From NCBI GenBank assembly GCA_016932045.1, contig JAFGDO010000001.1, positions 1,014 to 65,013 on the forward strand: DNA of 64,000 nt. The letters run 5' to 3'. The notes beneath the pieces were generated by a model. It was not told the origin of the DNA. It did not search any database and was given only the letters and a program-made list of their open reading frames with translations. This DNA comes from Candidatus Dojkabacteria bacterium. GTDB lineage: Bacteria; Patescibacteriota; Dojkabacteria; JAHIVN01. This document shows positions 58,557 to 64,000 of this stretch, one piece after another. The translations under genes and the position numbers were made by a program. Position 1 is the first letter of the stretch. Each line of letters begins with the position of its first letter.

Positions 58557-59582
58557 ATGGTAAAGAGCAATAGGTACAAAATTCCTAAATACTCTGAAGA
58601 TCAGAGTATTTCAATTGGTAGAAACAACCTATATAAGATACGATCGGGCAAAGGAAAGCTTGTATTTACCGGAGCCTACATACATCTTGCACCAATTTGC
58701 AACTTTAGATGCAAAGGATGTTTTACTCATATGGGTAAATTACCCACACAAAGACTTGCGTATAAAGAAATAAAGTATATTGTGGATTTTGCAAAGGGAA
58801 GAGGAGCAGAATCAATAGTTTTTGCTGGAGCAGGTGAGCCAACACTGGACCCCGAGTTTGACCGGATCTGTAACTACATCTCCTCAAAAAAGCTAAATAT
58901 TGTTCTTTTTACCAACCTGACAACTTTGAAAACAAAAGAACAAGCAAAAAAATACTTAAAATCAGGACCTGTTATTGGGAAACTATATTCTCTCAATGAA
59001 GAAAAATACAACAAAATCACTAGTTGTAAGGGAGCATACAAGTCTGCACTCAAAGGATTAGAATTCCTGCTAAACGCAAAGAAAGAATTGGAAAAACCCG
59101 AAGTAACACTTGCAATAGACTCATATATTAGTAGAGATAATTATAAAGATCTTCCAGACCTACTCAGATTCTGTAGGAAAAAAGACATAATTCCATACTT
59201 TGAAGCATTTATAGAGCTTGGACAAGATAAAAAAATAGTTAAGAAATTAGCATTAGGTGGAAAAGAACTGGCTGAATTATTCTTAGAGCTTCAGAGAATT
59301 GACAAAGAGGAATTTGCTATATCTACTCAGATTCATCCATGGAGTAGAAATTATGGTCAGGATAGATGTAGAAAAGCAACACACATGTTTTCTGTAAGGG
59401 AAAATGGGGATATCTGTATATGTGTTTGTACTGAAAGGAAAGTGGGAAACATCTCTGATTGCAAGAACCCATACGAGAGTCTCGAAAGCACCTTTTCCCT
59501 ACCAGCCAAACATCTCCTCCAATATCTTATCTGTGATAACTGCTCCAAAACCATAAACCCCACGTACTTAAATCAGAACTAA
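58557..59582 (+). CDS. Radical SAM enzyme with C-terminal Cys-rich SPASM/twitch-like extension.
   Basis: CNFRCKGC (CX3CX2C), GAGEPTLDP (SAM-binding GGEP-like), C-terminal CRKATHMF...GDICICVCTE...CKNPYE...CDNCS. Confidence 0.75.
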   Translation: MVKSNRYKIPKYSEDQSISIGRNNLYKIRSGKGKLVFTGAYIHLAPICNFRCKGCFTHMGKLPTQRLAYKEIKYIVDFAKGRGAESIVFAGAGEPTLDPEFDRICNYISSKKLNIVLFTNLTTLKTKEQAKKYLKSGPVIGKLYSLNEEKYNKITSCKGAYKSALKGLEFLLNAKKELEKPEVTLAIDSYISRDNYKDLPDLLRFCRKKDIIPYFEAFIELGQDKKIVKKLALGGKELAELFLELQRIDKEEFAISTQIHPWSRNYGQDRCRKATHMFSVRENGDICICVCTERKVGNISDCKNPYESLESTFSLPAKHLLQYLICDNCSKTINPTYLNQN

Positions 59583-59606
59583 TCTTAGAAAATCATTGAG
59601 ATAATA

Positions 59607-60515
59607 ATGAGAACTCTTTTTTGGAACATAACAAATCGATGTAATTTAAATTGCAGATATTGTTACTATAATACTGGAATAGAGAAACGCGTACTTCAAG
59701 AAGCCAATTATTATAAATCGTTGCTTATCATTAATGATATTTCAAAAAACTTCGATAAGATTATATTCACAGGGGGCGAGCCGCTTCTTTATCCAAACTT
59801 GTTCAATCTAATCAAAAAAGTCAAAGAAATGAAATTGTTTGTTCAACTTCTTACTAATGGCGTATTACTTGAAAAATTCTCCAATCAAATTCTAAATTCA
59901 GGAATTGATAAACTTTCCATTTCTCTTGATTCACCAATTACAAAAACTAATGATTATTTACGTGGTAGCACAAGAGTCGTACAAAAAGGAATTCTAAAAC
60001 TAATATCAAATAAAAAACAGGAAACTATAATTGAAATACAACAAACACTAACAAGAAAAAATATTGATTCCCTAGAGCCAATGCTCGACTTCTGTAAAGG
60101 CCACGACCTTAGTCTATGGATTAATCCAGTAGATATAAAACCCTGTAGTTCAACAGAAGAATTGTCTCTTTTAAATTTATCAGAAAATACAGCGAGAAAG
60201 TTAAAAGAGAATATAAAAAAGTGGTTGAAATTAAATCAAAATGAGAAAAATAAGATTTATGCCGATAGTATAATGGCTTTAATCAAAATGAGAAAGCCTC
60301 AACAAAAAACGTGTAATATGGGAATTAACAATTTTGTACTCGATCCTGAAGGAAATGTTTATCCATGTTTCTTAAGAAAAGACATTTTTCTTGGAAATAT
60401 TTATAAGAATAAACTCAAAGATATTATTCATAATCCTTTACTAAATAGGCACAAAATAGAACTTTCTAGTGCTTCATGTCTCCAGCTTGGATGCCTTTGT
60501 TTGACTTTATTATAA
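59607..60515 (+). CDS. Radical SAM / SPASM-domain peptide-modifying-type enzyme.
   Basis: CNLNCRYC (CX3CX2C), FTGGEPLL, and C-terminal CNMGINNFVLDPEGNVYPCF, which resembles the SPASM/twitch motif (C...i.pdGdVyPC). Confidence 0.8.
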   Translation: MRTLFWNITNRCNLNCRYCYYNTGIEKRVLQEANYYKSLLIINDISKNFDKIIFTGGEPLLYPNLFNLIKKVKEMKLFVQLLTNGVLLEKFSNQILNSGIDKLSISLDSPITKTNDYLRGSTRVVQKGILKLISNKKQETIIEIQQTLTRKNIDSLEPMLDFCKGHDLSLWINPVDIKPCSSTEELSLLNLSENTARKLKENIKKWLKLNQNEKNKIYADSIMALIKMRKPQQKTCNMGINNFVLDPEGNVYPCFLRKDIFLGNIYKNKLKDIIHNPLLNRHKIELSSASCLQLGCLCLTLL

Positions 60516-60610
60516 ACTTGCAGTCCAAATGGGTATTGACCCCCTTTGTTTTACATGCTATACTTCAATGAGTTATCATCCACTACTATATTATTTTTTA
60601 AAATAATACT

Positions 60611-60826
60611 ATGACAACAAAGAATACAAGGCCACGAAGGGGTTTGGGACTTGGGAGAGGTTTAGGCAGAGGCGGAGCAAGTGCAGGAAGAAGAGGACTT
60701 GGGGGTACAGCTGAATGTGAGTGCCCGAAATGCGGAAATAAAGAGCCCCATACAAGAGGAATCCCTTGTTCACAGATCAAATGTCCGAAGTGTGGCACAC
60801 CAATGCGAGGAGCATTCTGCAGATAA
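60611..60826 (+). CDS. Small (71 aa) peptide: Gly/Arg-rich N-terminal half plus Cys-rich C-terminal half (7 Cys; two CPKCG zinc-ribbon-like pairs). Candidate radical-SAM substrate (RiPP-like precursor) or a zinc-ribbon protein.
   Basis: MTTKNTRPRRGLGLGRGLGRGGASAGRRGLGGTAECECPKCGNKEPHTRGIPCSQIKCPKCGTPMRGAFCR. Immediately downstream of two rSAM/SPASM genes on the same strand. An overlapping minus-strand ORF (60598-60951) is the alternative reading. Confidence 0.45.
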   Translation: MTTKNTRPRRGLGLGRGLGRGGASAGRRGLGGTAECECPKCGNKEPHTRGIPCSQIKCPKCGTPMRGAFCR

Positions 60827-60916
60827 TTTGTTATTGAAGGGGACCAGATATATCTGGTCCCTACTGCAGAAATATGATACCATTCCTTATGTTTATAAAT
60901 TTTTATATTTTTAAAC

Positions 60917-61201
60917 ATGCGCCACAGAATACGTAGAATGCTAGGATACAATTTCAGAGATTACTATTTCAAACCACGTGGTATTCCTCTAACACAGCTT
61001 GATGAAATAGAGATAACTGATGAGGAATTAGAAACACTTCGCCTAAGATTCATCAAAAAACTGGATCAGCAACAGGCAGCAAAAACAATGAAAATCTCCC
61101 AAAGCCAGTACCAGCGTGATATCACAAAAACCATGGAGAAGATAACTAGAGCTCTTATCGAGGGAAAAGCTTTGCTAATCAGAAATAAAATAAGAGCATA
61201 G
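60917..61201 (+). CDS. DUF134/UPF0251-family small DNA-binding-like protein.
   Basis: FKPRGIPLTQLDEIEITDEELETLRLRFIKKLDQQQAAKTMKISQSQYQRDITKTMEKITRALIEGKALLI follows the DUF134 pattern (FKPxGIP...LxxDExEALRL...Q.EAA..M.VS..T..R.L..AR.KIA.AL..GKAI.I). Confidence 0.7.
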   Translation: MRHRIRRMLGYNFRDYYFKPRGIPLTQLDEIEITDEELETLRLRFIKKLDQQQAAKTMKISQSQYQRDITKTMEKITRALIEGKALLIRNKIRA

Positions 61202-61243
61202 GACAATTTCAACCATCCGACCAAACACCACACGGCTATGTAA

Positions 61244-62932
61244 CTATGTATTTATAGTAGTAGAATTACTACCTGGTTCATTTGCACTAGTCGAATTTGT
61301 CCCCCCCATATTCACTCCGACTGATTCCGGATGAGTTTCTCTATTTTCTGTAAGCGAGCTCCCTTCATGACTAGCAGATTTCTCACTACCAGTCTTTTTC
61401 TTTTTTGTCTTCACTAAAATTAAAACAACAACTATGAGGATAGTCCCGGCCACAATCACTACCGCAACAGTGAAAACCACAAAGTACTTCTGAAAGAAGT
61501 TCCCTTCTTCCTTATCTTCAGTTGTTGATCCTGTGTCCCGAACCTGATCGTCTTTATCCTCGACTGCTTCTTTTGCCCTTACATATCCTCCAACATCAAG
61601 ATTCATCCGTGCAATTCCAAGAACGTCTGTTTCACCTGCATGATTGGGATAAACACCGACGAATTCTACTTTAACTGAAGAAGTCTCGACTTTTTCAAAC
61701 TCGAGTACCTGCTCTTCGGTTGGCAAGTTTTCAAGATTTAGTGTAATTGACGATCCATCAGAGAAAGTTAATTTAAGTGTTTTTGCTGTACTGAATATGT
61801 CATAACGCGAGCCATAAGAAGAACCGTCAAGTGCAAATACAGGTTGAGATATAGCCTGAGTTACGTTTAGAGTATCAACTCTGTATACTGCATCAAATTC
61901 ATATAATACAAATGGCGCCTCGGGTCCGGTTAGATCTGCAAACCACCCATCGCTTGGTCCTTCCTCCTCTTTCTCTGTTCTCAAAAGATTAACAACGTTT
62001 CCTTCCCTCATATAATAAAACCCGAAATCATAGCCTGCTGGAGCTTTTACCTTATCCAACTGAACATCCATGTCTCCTCCTGACACAAGATCTTCAAGTG
62101 ACTCGTCTCTTTGATCCCAGATACCTAAAAGCGAAGGAGCATACGACACTTTAATGTTATCTTCAGGGCCGGGCTCAAGATTTGAGAATTTCCAGACCAG
62201 CTCATTTCCCTCTATTTTAAAACCTTCGTTGTAAGTATCAAACATTGAGCTTGAGATGTCACTTGGGAAGCTGAATATTATCTCTCCCGATCCAATGCTT
62301 CCCGACCAATCAGCTCCAGTCTCCATTATGTAATTAAAAGTTCCGTAAATACTTTTCGGCTCGAACACAAGTCTTGCGTCATATTCAACTTTTATATTTG
62401 TTTCTAAGTTTGCCTTAAAAGTAACCGGGAATTTTATAGCAATCACCTTCTCTTCGGGGAAATTTGGTGTATTCATAAATGAATACATATCATAAACCTC
62501 ATACTCGAAGTCACTTGCTTTATTATCAACATAAACCATAAAATTAATTGCAGGATTCATCTTATCCTCGGGCTTAAAATAGTCAAGATCAATGTAATTG
62601 GCGGGAATAGGAAACATAAGATCCATCACTTCGTCCTTTGAGGAAGTGTTTTTCATCTTAAATTCTGCGCTAACCTGAGCATAATGCCTTACCCACACAT
62701 CGGATTCATTAAAATCGCCTTGGTAAAAGGGACTATCCTTGGTCTCTTCTTGAATGTCATATACAACCTTCTCATAAATCATTTCAACTTTATCTGTTTT
62801 TTCTCCAGGGACGATAATTCCTCCCTCGCTAGGTGCTTCTCCGACATCAGCCGAAGCACCCTTTCTGAATGAAAGACCAAGCAGACACATGAAAAAAGTA
62901 ATTGCAATTGCTACAACAAGTGGTTTTCTCAT
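61244..62932 (-). CDS. Secreted surface protein with signal peptide and C-terminal TM anchor plus Ser/Thr-rich cytoplasmic tail.
   Basis: Signal MRKPLVVAIAITFFMCLLGL. C-terminal TM FVVFTVAVVIVAGTILIVVVLILV followed by KTKKKK. Confidence 0.55.
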   Translation of the reverse strand: MRKPLVVAIAITFFMCLLGLSFRKGASADVGEAPSEGGIIVPGEKTDKVEMIYEKVVYDIQEETKDSPFYQGDFNESDVWVRHYAQVSAEFKMKNTSSKDEVMDLMFPIPANYIDLDYFKPEDKMNPAINFMVYVDNKASDFEYEVYDMYSFMNTPNFPEEKVIAIKFPVTFKANLETNIKVEYDARLVFEPKSIYGTFNYIMETGADWSGSIGSGEIIFSFPSDISSSMFDTYNEGFKIEGNELVWKFSNLEPGPEDNIKVSYAPSLLGIWDQRDESLEDLVSGGDMDVQLDKVKAPAGYDFGFYYMREGNVVNLLRTEKEEEGPSDGWFADLTGPEAPFVLYEFDAVYRVDTLNVTQAISQPVFALDGSSYGSRYDIFSTAKTLKLTFSDGSSITLNLENLPTEEQVLEFEKVETSSVKVEFVGVYPNHAGETDVLGIARMNLDVGGYVRAKEAVEDKDDQVRDTGSTTEDKEEGNFFQKYFVVFTVAVVIVAGTILIVVVLILVKTKKKKTGSEKSASHEGSSLTENRETHPESVGVNMGGTNSTSANEPGSNSTTINT

Positions 62933-63069
62933 CGGCAGTTTAGTAAAAACTTATGTCAAATGTAAGTAATAGATTACAATATATTCAACTATTTCGCAAA
63001 GAATCTTGACATTTAAATCTCTTCCATTCACAATGTTTTCTAGTAGCAATTAATTTTTATCAAAAAAAC

Positions 63070-63756
63070 ATGTCCACGAACCAAACTTCCCAGGAAAAAA
63101 TACAGGATCCAAACACACAAACAAGTGAAGTTAAAAGTAAATCAAGTAATAAGTCCTTACTTATAATTATCTTAATTCTACTCCTGCTTATGCTATGTTG
63201 CGGCTTATCTTTTTGTACTTATGCAGTCATAAAAAACAAGAGAACAGAAAGATGGGGAATATTAAACGACTTTTTTAATTCACTTGAGCAAAATAAAAGT
63301 GAAGAGAGCGAAACAGAGGAAGAAGATGCTAAAGAGGAGGAAGAAACAACCACGCCAGCGGATATATGGGAAGGCCCATCAAGCTGTGTAGCAACGAAAT
63401 TTGACGGCGGGACTTATGATCATGGTGAATCATATACAACCTTAGACGGCTGCGAAACATGTACATGCAATGACGGTGGATGGGACTGTACAGTAAATCC
63501 AGTTTGCATCACAGATCCTACAAGCTGCTATAGAGATGATGCTGAATATGGAAATGGCGCAACATATAACTCTCCAAACGGATGTGAACACTGCACATGC
63601 AATTCAGGAAGCTGGGCTTGTACAATTGAGCTAACTTGCTGTTATTACAACGATACCTATTATGCTAGTGGCTCCTCATTCCCATCAACAGATGGATGCA
63701 ATACATGCACATGCGCAAGCGGCTCAGTCATATGTACAATGATACTGTGCCCATAA
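63070..63756 (+). CDS. Membrane-anchored protein with three tandem VWC (von Willebrand factor type C)-like cysteine-rich repeats.
   Basis: TM (LLIIILILLLLMLCCGLSF), acidic linker, then 3 approximately 40-aa repeats: C-x7-G-x-Y-x-GESY-x4-DGC-ETCTC-x-DG-x-W-x-CT, GATYNSPNGCEHCTCNSGSWACT, GSSFPSTDGCNTCTCASGSVICT. Confidence 0.5.
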   Translation: MSTNQTSQEKIQDPNTQTSEVKSKSSNKSLLIIILILLLLMLCCGLSFCTYAVIKNKRTERWGILNDFFNSLEQNKSEESETEEEDAKEEEETTTPADIWEGPSSCVATKFDGGTYDHGESYTTLDGCETCTCNDGGWDCTVNPVCITDPTSCYRDDAEYGNGATYNSPNGCEHCTCNSGSWACTIELTCCYYNDTYYASGSSFPSTDGCNTCTCASGSVICTMILCP

Positions 63757-63866
63757 AACCAGTGATCTAATTAGAGAATCACATAGAAAGTTTAGATCTA
63801 TTTAATCATCTTTATAGCCTCTACCATCCTAAAATGTTATAATAAACATATATATTTTTGAGCAAC

Positions 63867-64000
63867 AATGGAAATTCTCTCCTGGAATGTAAACGGACTT
63901 CGCGCTGTTTACAAAAAGGGGTTTTTAGAATGGTTACATAAAGCAAAGCCAGATATCCTCTGTCTTCAAGAAACTAAAGCACAAGAAGATCAACTTCCAT
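63867..64000 (+). CDS. xth: Exodeoxyribonuclease III (Xth/APE1 family), 5' fragment running off the window end.
   Basis: Manual translation [44 protein letters not shown] matches the ExoIII N-terminal signature (SWNVNGLRA...PDIxCLQETK). Confidence 0.8.

Noticed and set aside
60598-60951. 117-aa minus-strand ORF overlapping the Cys-rich peptide gene.
   Set aside because: Pro/Leu/Gly-rich low-complexity product that mirrors the Gly/Arg-rich codons of the + strand peptide. The + strand ORF fits the rSAM operon orientation. Left ambiguous, not called.

Overview
AT-rich prokaryotic segment (roughly one-third GC by eye), gene-dense on both strands, with about 60 plausible protein genes and one tRNA and no rRNA or CRISPR array. 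Mixed bacterial-type and archaeal-type content and almost no Shine-Dalgarno motifs leave the lineage unresolved (possibly DPANN- or CPR-like).

Main content:
- Cell surface: many large Cys/Thr-rich secreted or membrane-anchored proteins, including a 1956-aa giant protein followed by an M23 peptidase, parallel beta-helix proteins and a protein with three VWC-like cysteine repeats.
- Extracytoplasmic thiol-disulfide systems: a thioredoxin::CcdA fusion with an ArsR regulator, and a separate CcdA plus secreted thioredoxin-fold pair.
- Methionine-sulfoxide repair: MsrP-like molybdoenzyme with an N-terminal membrane domain, MsrB and a rhodanese.
- Iron/metal cluster: FeoA, FeoB, two MinD-like ATPases with ferredoxin inserts, a CDF transporter with a C-terminal NifX-like tail, and a NifX-like protein.
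- Central metabolism: galactokinase-like GHMP kinase, TrxB, 6-phosphogluconate dehydrogenase with an FGGY kinase (gluconate route), two NUDIX hydrolases, a 5'-nucleotidase and an M16 peptidase pair.
- Mobile DNA: an IS200/IS605-type HUH transposase bracketed by GC-rich hairpins; a tRNA-Glu(UUC) locus with a decayed partial tRNA copy upstream and a 15-nt repeat of the tRNA 3' end (with CCA) about 530 bp downstream, bracketing a GIY-YIG nuclease gene.

Best candidate for an undescribed system (55.4-61.2 kb): a compositionally foreign, Arg/Ala/Leu-rich two-gene operon (nucleotidyltransferase-like protein plus a protein with a C-terminal OmpR-type winged helix) lies divergent from two tandem radical-SAM/SPASM enzymes, a 71-aa Gly/Arg- then Cys-rich peptide and a DUF134 protein. 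This looks like a RiPP-like peptide-maturation locus.

Several other genes are compositionally atypical, and a short intergenic repeat family recurs at three or more sites.
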